This document shows positions 40,214 to 54,834 of a stretch of DNA of 64,000 nucleotides, one piece after another (the first letter of the stretch is position 1; each line of letters opens with the position of its first letter). This DNA is from Eledone cirrhosa (lineage: Eukaryota): NCBI GenBank assembly GCA_964016885.1, contig OZ024740.1, positions 346,084,001-346,148,000 of the forward strand, given 5' to 3'. The notes below the pieces were generated by a model. That model did not search any database and had not been told where the DNA came from. It was given only the letters and a program-made list of their open reading frames with translations. The translations under genes were made by a program, and so were the position numbers.

Positions 40214-40417
40214 TATTAGTAAATAGGAAAAGAAAATGCTAACAAATTTTTCCCAGTGAAAAATAGTTTAATTAGGAATAAGTATAAATTAGTAATAAGT
40301 ATTAGTTAGTATTCAGTTTTAGTCTTAAGTTTTTACCGGTTGCGCATTTCTTTTGCTTTTCAACAATAATTTTGAGATAGAGTGCTCGTGATTTAAAATC
40401 ACGAGCACTCTATCTCA
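40214..40417 (-). repeat. Terminus of the 546-720 Penelope-associated family ending in a ~43 bp fold-back hairpin
   Basis: Homologous to 546-720. Ends in GAGATAGAGTGCTCGTGATTT-AA-AATCACGAGCACTCTATCTC. Confidence 0.8.
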
Positions 40418-41150
40418 TATAGGCGTTGCGTGGGTTCTGTATGAGCGTGCGGGTTTTTTTTATGTACGTGCTTGTATTTGTATACCTATGGCGAGTGTTT
40501 TCGCGAATGCTCGTGTATGTACGTATATGGATGCGTGTATGTATTTATTTAATTTCAATTACCTCTGTATTTTATTTACTTTATTCTTAACTCTGAAGCC
40601 GAGAATCATTCAGTTTCCTAGTTAGAATTTTAGTCTACGACTTCAGTTATACCATTTAAATGGTTTTGTCTTTGCGTGCAATTGTTCTCCCGCTCCACAT
40701 AACATAAAGACGTATTATCTTCATTTTTTCTGTTCATTGCCAGAGAACGTCTCCATGAACCACCTAATAGAATATTAGTCTACGACTTCTTTTATACCAT
40801 AAACGTGGTTTTGTCTTTGCGTGTAATAGTTTTTCACCGCTAAAATAATGATGTATTATATTCGTTTTATCCCGTTCTTTGCCGGGGAACGTTTCCACGA
40901 ACCAAAGTATCGTCTTCCTGTCTTCCTCCGGTTGCAACATCTTTTGAAATATTTACTTCTGCGTTCACAGATTGACTTTTTTAGTTTCAGAAGATCCTGT
41001 TAAGAGTGAAAGCAGCGATTCTTTGCTTAAACTTTAATCTGTTATTTTAATAAATATTTGGTCTACGGTTCTTATATACTTAATATATATTTACCCTTAT
41101 CGAGCCCTCCTTGGATTTTAGTCTTCAAATTTATTATTATTACTATATAT

Positions 41151-41278
<128 letters not shown>

Positions 41279-41279
41279 T

Positions 41280-42128
41280 ATTTTCCGTTGTGTTGTAATA
41301 TAAATATTACACACAGTAGATTATCAGCTCACGTAGAGTTTGCTCGACGGTTCCAGTTGTAGTTCCAAAAGTAATCCGGAGAAAAATAGAAAGATTTGAA
41401 TGGATACAGTTTAGTTGAAAGGAATTTATTGACACGTGTTTCTATAACAGTTACATAACCTAAAACAGCTATCTACAAACTTTTAGTTATGCAGACATTC
41501 AATATTTCAATGTTATTATTTACTGTCATTTCATCAGAATAATATTACTGAGGACCTATTTAGTTTTTATAGAGAATATTAGGAGGGAGGGGTGAAGTTG
41601 TTAGAAGAATAGTTGAAGGAGTGGTGTTTCGATAGCAGTGAGAATTCTTGGTGGCAGTGAGTAATTAGATTCCCATCTGTTGTTTTGACATTTTTTATAG
41701 AATATATTATTGGTTATTTTTCTAAATCTATAGAAGGATTAGAGATAGTGAAGATATGCGTGGTTGGTTTTGTGTTTGCACTTAATTAACATTCAGGCTT
41801 AAATTTTTCTTTCAAGTGTACGTATCCTTTCACCCACGCATTCACACACAAATATATTTGCACACCTCTACAAAATACATATACACACAATTCACATATT
41901 CATACTTACATATATATACACATGCATACACATATATATACACACATGTATTCATGTACATACATACGCACTCATGTGTATACATTTTCATACTCAACTT
42001 ATCTTTATATACACACGTATAGACACACACATATATACATACATACTCTAGTCCATGTGTACACACATACACATACATACACATCCATATACACATATAT
42101 ACATACACATATATACATACATATATAC

Positions 42129-42170
<42 letters not shown>

Positions 42171-42600
42171 GCATACATACACAAACATACATATACACAC
42201 ATATACATATATATATATATATATATAAGCACTTTAATACATGAATACACTTACATCTAACTATACACATCAAACATATATATATATTTACTTATTTATA
42301 TACATTTTCACATATATATACATACTTATGGACGTTTTTAGACACATTCATTATCGCATATTTGTACCTATTCTCATCAGCATATCTTTTCATTATTAGT
42401 ATGGTAATTTAAGGTTATTAATATATGTTGAGAAGAGATTGTTTTTATATTTTTCTAACTAGATTAAGGTTTATATAGTTGGGGGATGTCCCTCTTTTAT
42501 GTAATATTCGGCTTGTAGTGGGAAAAAAGGGTTTTAGTTCTGTGACGGCAGAATAATGTTCGTTCAATTCTGTTATTCAGCAGTTTCTTCTTGTGTGTGA
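41280..42600 (-). mobile_element. Probable decayed Penelope-like relic with a hammerhead-like motif near its 3' end (41497-41542)
   Basis: Minus strand ATT-CTGATGA-AATG-(14 nt)-CATT-GAAA-TA-TT-GAAT, followed by AATAAA. The upstream sequence is A/C-rich with only faint RT-like remnants. Confidence 0.45.
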
Positions 42601-42819
42601 TTATGTAATATATATATATACGAAAAGAGTCAGGACCCCGACGAGTGAGCTCCGGCAGTTTCGACAGCTAGATCCAGACTGTTCGGATCTAGCGGTCGAA
42701 ACTGCCGGAGCTCAGCCGGTGGTGTCCTGACTCATTTCCTATCATCCACCTCTATCACCCTAAGTATCGAGTACTCTGGTGCGTTATGGTCTACCTGGTA
42801 TCCTACCACACCTTCTTTG

Positions 42820-42855
<36 letters not shown>

Positions 42856-43834
42856 ATAAATATATATATTAATAAATATATATATATATATATGCTTACA
42901 TACATTCATACATACGTACACACGCATACACACATGTGTACACACATGCTCACACCCACATACATACACACACACACATGTGTAACCTAATATATTCCTT
43001 CCATATACTGTACCGATTGATTTGTTATTTCTGTTTACCTTTTGCATGTATATATATATATATGCATATACATATATGCATTCGATTCGCGCCTAGCTAT
43101 ATTTCATTATAAGAAATCATTATAAGCAAGTTAAGCTGAAGGTCAAGGACGTTGGTTGACGAATTCCTTTGTAAAAATTATTCATTTGACTAATTTGTAT
43201 TCTATCTGTTTTATTGTTTACGAACATTTTCATTTAACTTGCTTATGTAACGTATTGTTTCCGTTATATATTTTAAAATCTATTGAGATTCTTTAGACTT
43301 ATCCACTTTCAAGTCTAAGATAAATTTAATGTTTATTTCGTTTATACAATTCTATTAAATTCTTTAGCTAACCATTTGAATTATTTAATACGTTTTATTA
43401 ATTTTATATTGAGACATGTACTTTTTGATATTATAATTAGGTTAACTTCAATATTTTCACACTTTGTTTTCTAGATTTGGTTTTCGTATTAAGTTTTATA
43501 TAGTAGGTTATGATTTATGCTTTTAATAAGTATTTGCAATTTTAGATGGTTTATTGGGAATTAACGATAATTACAGAGATGTTGGTTTGTTAGGCAAGAA
43601 GGGGTGCTCTAGCGTTTGAATATGTTCAGCTGTTACTTACGAGAATGGGTCTCATAGGTGTAGATTACTACGCAATCTAAACTAAAATAAAGTAAGGAGG
43701 GCGGGACTGCGTCCAGAATATATTTTTTTATCCCATTTGTAAAATAAGTTCGATTACTTTGAATAAATAATTGTTTCTACTTTAGGCACAAGGCCAGCAA
43801 TTACCCAGTGCATTACTGGTACTTTGAATAAATA

Positions 43835-44020
43835 ATTGTTTCTACTTTTGGCACAAGGCCAGCAATTTCCCAGTGTATTACTGGTACTTTATTTTATCGA
43901 CCCCCGTAAGGATGAAAGGCAAAGTTAACCTCGGCGGGATTTGAACTCAGAATGGCAAGGGCCGTATATCTATGCGTCAAAGCATGGCGTCCGACCCTCT
44001 ACCGATACTGCCAATTCACC
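43835..44020 (-). mobile_element. Nin-like SINE copy, with a duplicated 3' tail at 43770-43825
   Basis: Same boxes and core as 17455-17648. Confidence 0.88.
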
Positions 44021-44205
44021 GTGAATAAATAATGAATGAATATAACATAATTTATGTACTAAATTTCGTTATTTTTGATTAAATATAAATAATTTTGTTG
44101 CTTATTTTAAGATACACTTGTTTACAATTTTCACTTCGGGTTAGCTTAAATAAACATTCATATATTTCCGTCACTATTTTTTTTTCCCAATGCAGTTTAT
44201 ATATG

Positions 44206-44383
44206 ATTGTTTCTACTTTAGGCGCAAGGCCAGCAATTACCCAGTGCATTACTGGTACTTTATTTTATCGACCCCGTAAGGATGAAAGGCAAAGTCAACC
44301 TCGGCGGGATTTGAACTCAGATTGTAAGGGGACGTAACTATGCTGGAAAGCATGGCGTCCGACCCTCTACCGATACTGCCAAT
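44206..44383 (-). mobile_element. Nin-like SINE copy
   Basis: Full A-box, B-box, core and tail on the minus strand. Confidence 0.88.
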
Positions 44384-46588
44384 ATATAATATCGTCCTTT
44401 TAATGTATCATGGATTACGTTACTGATTACATAAGACAGTGTAACGCAGTTTTCGTTCAATTTCTGTGCATATTGTCAATTACGATCTTATTTGATGTAT
44501 CATATCTACATGCATATATACTTGCGTATTATATCAATATGCAGACTACACATGCTAGCAGAAAACCATCCAAAGAGTGGTTTTTCTGCTAGTTAACCTT
44601 ATGTAGATTTCAATGCTATGCATAAATACACGTGAATAAACACCGCAAGGTATATACTCCGATGCACTAGCGTTTCTGGCACCCACTACCTTGAAGTAAT
44701 CGTTAGAACCTCTCACAAATGGTTAGCTGTTTTTGTTCAAACTATTTACTTTCTGAGTTCAAATGTCGCTGAGGTAAAGTTTGACAGCCATCCTCTCCGG
44801 GTCTATAAAATAAAGTACTGGGCAAGTAATGGAGCAATTTTACTTGGTATATACCCCACTACACACACACACACACATGCAAAATTATGCGCATTAAGCC
44901 TAAATAAGAAAACATTTCCCCCTGAAATCAACTTTACTTCTCATCTTTCCAGCGTCGATAAAATAAAGTACTTTTCAAGGAATGGCGATTTTCCCTACAT
45001 CGCTCGTGCAAGTTTATTCTATTTTCCAAGTTATTCAACATTTTTCATTGAAATGTTGTCAATGTTTGAAATTAAGCGAGACAGTATATAAATGATCTGA
45101 GTAGATTAACTCTACCTGAAACCTTTAAGGGTTACACCCGTGTTTGTTTTTCAAGCAAACACCTCACATTTCGGCGAACATTAAGGTGGCGGGAAATGAT
45201 GTTGAGTTTGTAAAATGGATTAAATTGATTGGAAATGCCAAAATTCTGAAAACATTGACAGCAACAGCAACAACAACAGCAGCACAAGTAACCAAAACTT
45301 ATCTTGTGCAAACGAAGTGGACTTTCAGGCTCTGCCAATATTTATCACTGTAAATGCAGTCACTCCCAATCATAACGACGGAAGGCGCGGCCAATTCCAC
45401 TGCCACAACCAATACCACTGCAAAGCTGAAACGAAAAACAAAATTAAAACTAACACACATGGTAGTGACAACAAAAATGATAACAAAAATATGAACAACA
45501 ATAACGAGAAGAATCTCAACGAAAGCAATAATGAAAATAACAACAACAACACCAGCCATGAAATGAAGAACGATGGCGAAAAGACGAACAACAGCAACAA
45601 TATCAAAAACAACAAGACGATGAACAACAACACCACATCAGCAGCCGCGGCTGCAAAATGAGCACAATTCTTTCATGTGGATATGTCAGAAAATAAATAA
45701 CTTCTGGCCAAAGAATGGAAACTAATTTAGAGAGAAAAAACTCGCCCAACCTAAACATCGCGTCCGAAATATTGGAAAGACAAATATTTATAGTTGCATC
45801 TATGCACTATTGGGTGAATCAAATGCCATTTGGTAGCTGGCATTTAGAATATTGTTAGGCACTCAGATCCCTTAAACAATTGGGCAATGAAGTCAATGGA
45901 CGGTCCACAGGATAATTTAATAAAGGACAATTTCTAGGCAAGAGCGATGGCGTTCTCTAAGTAACTCTAAGCGTAACCAAAATAAGCTAACCAGTCTGTT
46001 CGGGAGAAATTTCTTTTCGGGAATTATGGACGATTTCAAGAAAGAGGTTGTATGGTGGACTGTGTGAATTGAAAATAGACATATTCCTCGTCAGCCAAAA
46101 TTTCATCGGCTTTTTCAAATTTCAATCGAAAAAAAAAAAAAAAAAGGTGAGGCGGGAATGGGAAGTGCTGCTCAGCTGTACATTTGTTAATATATGGGTA
46201 AATATATATACGGGCATATTGTAAGAGTGCACCTATAGGATGGAGAATTCAGTAGTAATGGGAGGAGGAGAAAATGGGAGATTAAAATAAATTAAAATGG
46301 GAGTGAGAAGTAAGTGGGGGAATGCTAGTATATATTCTATGGCTGTATACACAGACAATATACATCTCAGCTTATAGGAAGGAGCTACAGATGTCGGATT
46401 CTAAAAGAGATTGTAACTCACATTTTATTTATCAACCCTAATAAATGAAATGTCAAATAATTTTAGACTAATCTAGTTAAAATAATAACATGCATCATAT
46501 ACATATGATAGCAGACGCTTAATTTCAAGAGACTCTTGAACGAATTGTAGATGATGATAATGATTGTGATGATGAGGAGTGGGATATA

Positions 46589-46589
46589 G

Positions 46590-46627
<38 letters not shown>

Positions 46628-46725
46628 CTGATGGTGGTGGTGGTGGTGGTGGTGGTGATGATGACGATGATGATGATGATGATGGTGATGATGATCGTGA
46701 TGATGATGATGATGATGATGATTGT
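46589..46725. repeat. (GAT)n/(GGT)n microsatellite
   Basis: Direct reading. It is the source of the poly-Met/Val pseudo-ORF. Confidence 0.95.
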
Positions 46726-46898
46726 GATAGTAGCGGTTACGATGATTAGGATGATTGTGAATATGACGATAATAATTGTTTATACTTTTGGCACAAGGCC
46801 AGCAATTATTTCAGTGTATTACTGGTACTTTATTTTATCGACCCTGTAAGGATGAAAGGCAAAATTAACCAAATATGACGATAATAATGACGATAAGA

Positions 46899-47095
46899 AT
46901 GGTTTCTTATTTAGGCACAAGGCCAGCAATTTTTGGGGAGGGGAAAGTCGATTAGATCGACCCCAGCTCATGACTGGTACTTTATTTTATCGAAAGGCAA
47001 AGCTAATCTCGGCGGGATTTGAACTCAGATCATAAAGGACTGTAACTCTATGCTGCAAAGCATGGCGTCCGACCCTCTATCGGTACTGCCAATCC
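46899..47095 (-). mobile_element. Nin-like SINE copy (long-tail subfamily); a partial copy lies at 46775-46870
   Basis: TTAGGCACAAGGCCAGCAATTTTTGGGGAGGGGAAAGTCGATTAGATCGACCCCAG...GGGATTTGAACTCAG...TACTGCCAAT. Confidence 0.85.
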
Positions 47096-47149
47096 GATGA
47101 TTAGTAAGTGAAGGACGAAGGTGATATAGGGGTATTGAATATCTTGGAA

Positions 47150-48450
47150 AGGCATGCATGACTGTACGGACAGAATTAAATGTGACAGAAGAAGTGATAT
47201 TTATATACAGAAGAGCAAAGAAATTTACAGAGTTAGAAAAAATATATGCTCAAGAAATGGATTGACTACATATCACTTGCCTGGATACTGGAATCAGTGC
47301 ACATAAACAAAGATCTGCCAACTCTCGGATTGTATATTAACGACGTTGTGTCAAAATAGAAAACATCAATATTCCTCCGAGATAGAGAAAAGACAATAAA
47401 ACCTATCCTTATCCCATAAGAAGATGGATCTCACAAAGCCCATCCTATGCCCACTAGATTTCTGTCTAGTCTCGACTCTTAATGAATATGTTGAATCAAA
47501 CGCCAATGATTAAAGATGTGATGGAGTAACGTTAAACAATCTCCTCTACATGAATGATCTAAATATCGATTCCTGAACCAAAGCTCAGCATGAGGATTTA
47601 CTAAAATGTGGCTTAAGATTCAGCTGTCACGTCAAAATAAGAGAGTGGACAAAGCTATATAAGAGAACGTAAAGTTAATTACAATTCAAATTGTAAGGTT
47701 AGCTTTAGATAAAGAATCAGTGAACAAAGACATAGTCATCTACATAAATAACTGGAGCAAACAAGATTCGATAATTAGGAATCTGTGCATAAATTAAGAT
47801 AAAATACTATGGAAAATTCAGATTAATATGAAAAAACTGAAATTTATGCCAGAAATAATATTATACTTACGAAACACAATCAGTTATGAATTAAATATAT
47901 AGCAATTTAATAACCTGCAAGAAATCGTAGCCGAATTTCTTTCAAATCAATATATTAGAATATTGCGCCCTAAAAACGGGAAAAAAACACATTAGGAAAT
48001 GAGTGCCTAAGAATATGGAACGATAATCTTTTGTGGTAACGTTTACCGATGGATAAACTCCTACGATTGCAGTTTCAATATAATAAATTTAACCCTAAGC
48101 AAGCTGGAAATCGCAGAATCTCTCTACAAAGACAACTACATGAATTAAATAGAGAATATTATCATAACAAATAAACATGGAAAAATATATAACAGAAAGT
48201 CCCTTACAAATAAATTATCGAGCGTTTACGTTACGCCATGACCTTCTAGAAAGCAGTACTTCGACAACACGGAATGCCGCCAGGACAATTATTCTCATTT
48301 AGATAGACATTTCGTAATGGAGAATAGTATACAGGCAGTCATTGCACTTATCAATGCAAAGTCCAAGCAAATTAAGAGAGTGTATTAGACAATTATGTAA
48401 ACTCTGTAGTAACACGAGCACAAATCATATGATTTGAGCATTTAGCTTGC
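47150..48450 (+). pseudogene. Highly decayed R4/Dong-like relic
   Basis: NNLLYMNDL (NHLLYMDDL-like) at ~47535 and a few weaker flanking remnants. Boundaries are uncertain. Confidence 0.35.
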
Positions 48451-48555
48451 GTTGTTTAAATATACACTTCATTCACAACAGAAACATAAATGATTTAATA
48501 TTGTCTCTATGTGTTGTTTGTCTTTCATCTCACTGTATGTAAAGTATGTACATAC

Positions 48556-48619
<64 letters not shown>

Positions 48620-48871
48620 GTATTAAGGATACTATTTATGGTTATGTATATACTAAAACTTTTTATAGTTATATATATTTTAAACCCTAAACAGTGAAAG
48701 ACAGTAATTTATTACTACCTTATTACCAGTAAGATAAGTAGCTCAATGTAATAACATCAGTTGTTCTACAGAGCAGTTATATAGAATTCACATTGATGAA
48801 ACAATTGTAAGCTAATAAATGGTTTGAACATAACTTTGATTCCTGTGAATTCTATATATATATATATATAC

Positions 48872-48954
<83 letters not shown>

Positions 48955-48959
<5 letters not shown>

Positions 48960-49095
48960 TTACTTACTAAAATTATATATACTTACTTACTAAAACGATA
49001 TATACTTACTTACTAAAATTATATATACTTACTTACTAAAATTCCACTCCAACTAATGAGTTTCTGAAAGGGATTAAACGTGGCTTCCGAAGAAA
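48955..49095. repeat. Four ~23 bp units (ATATACTTACTTACTAAAATT) plus a ~70 bp segment duplicated at 49557-49626
   Basis: Direct reading. Confidence 0.8.
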
Positions 49096-50468
49096 TGTAC
49101 GGAGAAGCCTTTCGTCATCAGGGAAGTCTATTCTCAGCTAAGTTTCCAGGCAATACGTGGACACAGGGAACTTATACAAAAATAATTCAGTGGATGGAAA
49201 AAAGCAAAGCGTGGACTAAGTCCCAAGTCACTGAAAAAATCACTGCCTACTGCGTCGGATGCAATTTCAAAAGAATCAATCACGTGACATCGAGGTCAAT
49301 CAGTGAAGAGTGGTTTGTTAAGAAGACAGCAGCCGGACTGTTACTATGAACTATAGCAGCAGTTTTGGCCAATTTTGGCTCGACAAAATAATTTGGAGAT
49401 AATTATAAAGAATTAGTATATTTACTAACATATATATACAGATGCATACCTATGCCATCAAATATATAGGTTTTGTCTTAGTAACTTTGTGGTTCAATGC
49501 ATGGGGATGCAGAACAATAATATGAGAGACGTAAAATAAGAAAATTATAAAAATTAACTTACTTACTAAAATTTCACTCCAACTAATTAGTTTCTAAAAG
49601 GGATTAAACGTGGTTTCCGAAGAAATTTTACTTTTCGGACACAAATCCTTCTTCATAAAATAAAATGAAAAATAAAACATGAAATAGAACCATAGAGTAA
49701 GAAAAGGAAGGAACGGAAATATTTTTTTTGAGAAAATTCAGGTTTAATCAGTCAGTCATTATGGACTCAGACCCGCCCGCACGTACACACACACACACAC
49801 TGCCCCCTCCCAACAGACACACACGCATCCATATACATATATATAGTGACAATAATTGTGAAGACTAAAATCTGAAGAGTGCTGGATAAGGATTATATAT
49901 ATATATAATCCTATATAATCAGAATGAAAAAATCCTGGCGCATCCCGCCAGGATTTTTTCATTCTGATGATTGAAAGCAACATTTTTTTGCTTTTAAGAA
50001 ACCACTGGTAAATGAAATAATTGCCTTATGTTGTTTATTACATAACTATTAAGCTCTGTTACCTACATAGAGCACTCTTTTTTCCTGGACTTTTCCGACG
50101 GAATTACTTCATTTATATATATATATATATATAATATAACAAACAATGTGTGGTAAGATGCCAGAGTAATCGATACTTAGGGTAGTTAAGTGGATAATAT
50201 GAAAAGAGTCATGCCCCGAAACGGCAGGAGCTCAGCTGTTGGGATCCTGACTGTTTTCATGTATATAATATATATATGATATTGACTCTCGCATCACCAA
50301 CAAGGTTCATCATAAACGAAGATAGATGAGTTGCATAACGTCGAGTGCTTTTTCTATTAATGCATCACGGTTGGCTATCGGAATGATCAGTTCTATCCAG
50401 TGGTGAACCAACAAACCTTAATTTATAATATATATATATAAACCCGTAGAGCAAATATTAATCTGTTC

Positions 50469-50541
<73 letters not shown>

Positions 50542-51171
50542 AGTATACAGCCTTTTGGGCGCAATTTGAAATAAAACGTAATATATGCATTTAATCATAC
50601 ACTTACAGTTTTAGTTAGGCATTACGAATTATTTCATATATAAATATTCATATTCTGAAACTGAACTAACACTCACACAAATAGGAATATATATATATGC
50701 ATTTAACGAAAAATACATGTTTACATGTTCAAAGATTGGGAAAATAATGAGGGGGAAAAAACAAGTTGAATGCAAAAAGTAAAAAATAATTATTACTAGC
50801 AAAATTAAAGGAAATAGTTTATAATCTTATTGAGCCCATAGCCAAATATAAACGGAGCGATTTTGACAGAAATTATAGTTGTTTGAATTTAAGACGTTCT
50901 GAAAGTGATCGTATAACAATGGTAATTTGAAAGATAAGCTAAGATAAATATTCATGATTTGATGACCTGAGATCCAGATACAATTGAATCTTACGTTTTA
51001 TTTCATTTTCTCAATGGTCTTATATGTACTAGTTCGTTTCACTTTCTTTTAACAGGCAAATGTTTTTCTCCTTGAATCTTCGCCATTTTAACGAAAATAG
51101 ACCTATATTAAACATACATACGCATATATATGTACACACAAACACACACATATATGTACACAAACACACAA

Positions 51172-51272
<101 letters not shown>

Positions 51273-52249
51273 CGTGTGTGTGCTTGTGTATGAGTCTATA
51301 TGTGTTTTTATGTATATTATACAGATATAAACATTGTAGATAATGTTCAGTTTCGTCAGTATGAAAACCAATTAATTGACAACTATTAGCCTTCAAGGAA
51401 AAACTGTAACCTTTACCTATCCAAACGATATCTCTAGTCATTAGTTTATACAAATTTTGGGATGTGATAAGTATACACACGTCTATCATTTGTTGACCAA
51501 GTTCTCGCCCGGCAAGTAGATAAACATGGCATATGGTATATTTAAGCGACGGGTATATTGCCTCTGTTAAAATATCGGTGATTTACTAATCCAAAGGAAA
51601 GAAAAGAATGAAAGGGTGTAGAAAAAGATGTGTGTGTGTGTGTATGAGTGTGCGTGTGTGTGTTTGAGAGAGAGAGAGTGCGTGTGTATGTGTGTGCGCG
51701 CGTGTGTGTATTTATCTTCTGCTTTACGAACGAGATGTGTATTTACAGAATTCATGTCACGGTGGTGAAAATATTTATAAAGAGTTATTACTGCGCTCCG
51801 AGTTTCCCTAGTTTCGAGTCAATGATAACACATCTTACTTGCTTTTGGTTGATACAAATGTTCTCTTTCAATTGTGGATTTTGAGGCCTGTAGTTCTCAA
51901 TTTTTTTTTCAATTATTTTAGGCCAAAAAGGGTGTGTGCATAAGTTATTTTTGTAGTGGATAGTTATTAATCTGCCTAAATACCATATTCCTCACTCCTC
52001 ATAGAGGTGATGGATGTGCTTCTCGTCCTGTATTAAAAACCCTTTCCAACCATGGAAACGCCAAAATGGTTAGGTAAGATCTTACGAATGAGACTCGAAT
52101 CGGACAAGCGCACTACATCCCGGAACCACCTTAGTTGATACTTCCTTCGTGTAGATTCGATGCTGCTGGAGTTAGTTCGACAGAGGATTTTTTATTAACA
52201 ATCCTTTCTCGCTAGTTGACTTAAAACCTCTTCTAGAGTCATTGGGCGT

Positions 52250-53020
52250 TACAGGCTTCTATATTTCGACGTGTTTTCATATCCAGTACAGTGGAAATAT
52301 GGGAGACTAGAAACATCCAATGATGCTTCCAACATTAAATCTGCCTCACAGCTCGTGTTAACATAACACAACTGAACATGATGTATCAATAAGACATCAA
52401 TCCTTTGATGTACGATCCTTTCCCGAGGGTCTGCATGTATACTTCTGCTAGATGACAGTGCCGGTAAGGTCGAGATTGTTATACAGAGAGAAAAATCTGA
52501 GCTCATGTTTAGCATTGTTCCCGATCACGTATTCCCAGTTTGTCTGTACTTTTTTTCTTTTTATTTTCACTTACCCTTTCAGTAAATTCGCCCATTAGTC
52601 TTATTTTGTATTATTTTCGTCTTTTAGTCAGTATCCGAACTAATGTTTGATCGATGAGTTATATTCCTGATTGTCAGAGAGTAAAGGTAGTGAACAGATA
52701 CCCAATAAAGTCATATTGCTACAGTCTGCATGGAAAACACAAAGTAACATTAGCCAATTATTGACACCTGCTGATTACTCAAACATTTTTGACAGTAGTC
52801 AGTTTCTCACCATACTTGTGGTACAATTTTGGAGATGTCCACTCTCGGGGAAGCCCATGCCGAACAACTCATAACCCACACCTAAATCGTTTGACGAACC
52901 TCCTCCAACAAGTCTGGTCTAAATGAGTGCCACAATATGTGCAATGATGTGACTCAGTTCACAGGCACATTCGACACTCGGCTCAGCAACAAATCGTACA
53001 TACCAGGCTGCTTCCACTTT
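52250..53020 (-). pseudogene. Decayed RTE-like APE endonuclease relic
   Basis: Minus-strand remnants AAWYVR (TWNVR-like), CELSHIIAHIVAL, LMGEFTERVS (MGDFNARVG-like) and RIDVLLI..V....EAD (IDYIL..AD.GSDH-like), in the expected order. Confidence 0.5.
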
Positions 53021-53414
53021 AATAAAATGGGCTTACCAGCGGCAGGGATCTGTAAGTAAATATTTTCGCTAGTACTACTGCACTTGAGCGTCTTCTCACC
53101 CAGTACACATGCTTATACGTACATACTTAAATAAATATATATGTGTGTGTGTGTGTGTGTATGAGCGTCTGCGTTTGTATGTTGGTGTGGGTGTATGTGC
53201 ATGTGTATGTGTATGTGCATGTGTATGCACACACACACACAGACACACACGCGCACACACACAGCCATCAGTTACAGAAATCATTCAATTGTTTAAACGT
53301 TTATGCATCTATTCAGTGTCTTTGAATTACGATTTACAGACATTACCACTAATGCGACATTTCAACAATTCATTTGCAAAATGTTTGTATGTATATTTGT
53401 ATGCATGTATGTCA

Positions 53415-53870
53415 GGCCGTTATGAAGTGCTACTAGTAACATGTAACCCAGTGAAACCTATCTCATGCTCGGGTCGTCGGCGACTAAACCGGCAACCCCA
53501 GCAAGCTTCCTTGGACACCCTGCGGGATGGAATACAAGACCAGGAATAGGGCTAAGGAACTCAGCAGAGTCAACGGCCATCGAAATAGTACTATATTTTT
53601 CAACAGGGAGTGAATGGTCTCCAGTTGTTGTCACAACACCTTTCTAGGAGAGGGAAACTCTGAAAAAAAAACCAAAAAAAAAACCATGCCGCTTCGGAAG
53701 CATCCGATGATGTTGACCAGTTCTCCTTTTCAGGTAGTGTTTTCGATGCTCAGCAAGTGGGATTGGTCGTGTGCAAGGACTTTCCTCACTTAAAAAACCT
53801 TCAAAGCACTGACATTGCTTGTTCAGGATCTGCTACAGGTTTGTGCGGCAGGCCGTAGCCTAAAAGTGGA
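53415..53870 (+). repeat. GC-richer segment resembling an RTE-type LINE 5' UTR / non-autonomous derivative
   Basis: CTAGGAGAGGGAAACTCTGAAAAAAAAACC resembles the GGAGAAGGAAAACTCTGA...AAACC motif I recall from RTE 5' UTRs. No ORF follows. Confidence 0.4.
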
Positions 53871-54384
53871 CCAAACTCTATAATATGACAAGCGATTGCA
53901 ATAATGTTAGCAGAGTTTGCAGCCATCATGCATGTATCTACAGCCATCGTGCATGTACATATGAATGTATGCAATATATACATATGCATATATGTGTGTA
54001 GTACTTCAAGTAATTCTACTAAAACATTATGGACAACGCAAAGGGAACCCATTACATTAATCAGAATAAATTTACTGTATGTAGAAGTTCTGTTTTAGTG
54101 CTCGAACCACCTATTGTCGAAGCAAATATTTTAAAGACATTAACATACCTACGACTCAAACATACAGTAATATGCAAAATCCAATGGACGAATAATAAAC
54201 GTAAAATAAATAAAAGTGCAATCTAACCGAATCCCTCTTTTTATTGTCAACTAGACCACCCGTGACCCGTTGGGTCACGTTTACTTCAAACTATGAAAAA
54301 AACACATGTTCACTTAAAAATAATTCATACATAATTAAAATATACACAGACATGTATATAATGTAAAAGAAAACTGGAAGGCCC

Positions 54385-54461
<77 letters not shown>

Positions 54462-54589
54462 AAGTTTTATTTAAATTGTTGGGTTACAACGAGTAAATAT
54501 TTATAACTGATATAAAAGCACTCAACAAGTATTTGGAGTATATTTACGATATTAAATAAATGGAGACTATATTTATAAAACCATATTTA

Positions 54590-54651
54590 TTTCATTATAT
54601 ATATTTCAGGGATATAATATTTAAAATATGTTATGCCTTCTTCAGACAAAA
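54590..54651 (-). ncRNA. Type I hammerhead ribozyme motif (left arm of palindrome)
   Basis: TTTTGT-CTGAAGA-AGGCATAACATATTTTAAATATTATATCCCT-GAAA-TATATA-TA-ATGAAA. Confidence 0.72.
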
Positions 54652-54730
54652 TACAATATAAACAGTCTTATAAATAGATAGATTTGACATCTATTGAAAT
54701 CTATCTATTTATAAGACTGTTTATATTGTA

Positions 54731-54792
54731 TTTTGTCTGAAGAAGGCATAACATATTTTTAATATGATATCCCTGAAATATGTATAATGAAA
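54731..54792 (+). ncRNA. Type I hammerhead ribozyme motif (right arm of palindrome)
   Basis: TTTTGT-CTGAAGA-[AGG..CATATT TTT AATATG..CCT]-GAAA-TATGTA-TA-ATGAAA. Stem I has two G-U pairs. AATAAA follows. Confidence 0.75.
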
Positions 54793-54834
54793 TAAATATG
54801 GTTTTATAAATATAGTCTCCATTTATTTAATATC

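Noticed and set aside
49100-49349. CTGATGA-C-GAAA on the minus strand, and a short ORF with CxxC resembling an integrase zinc finger
   Set aside because: No stem II for a hammerhead, and the ORF lacks the HH part and any DDE core.
49918-49968. Perfect ~23 bp-arm hairpin ending in CTGATGATTGAAA
   Set aside because: The hairpin is real, but no stem II lies between CTGATGA and GAAA. Terminator-like appearance is irrelevant in this eukaryotic context, and it is likely another small fold-back.
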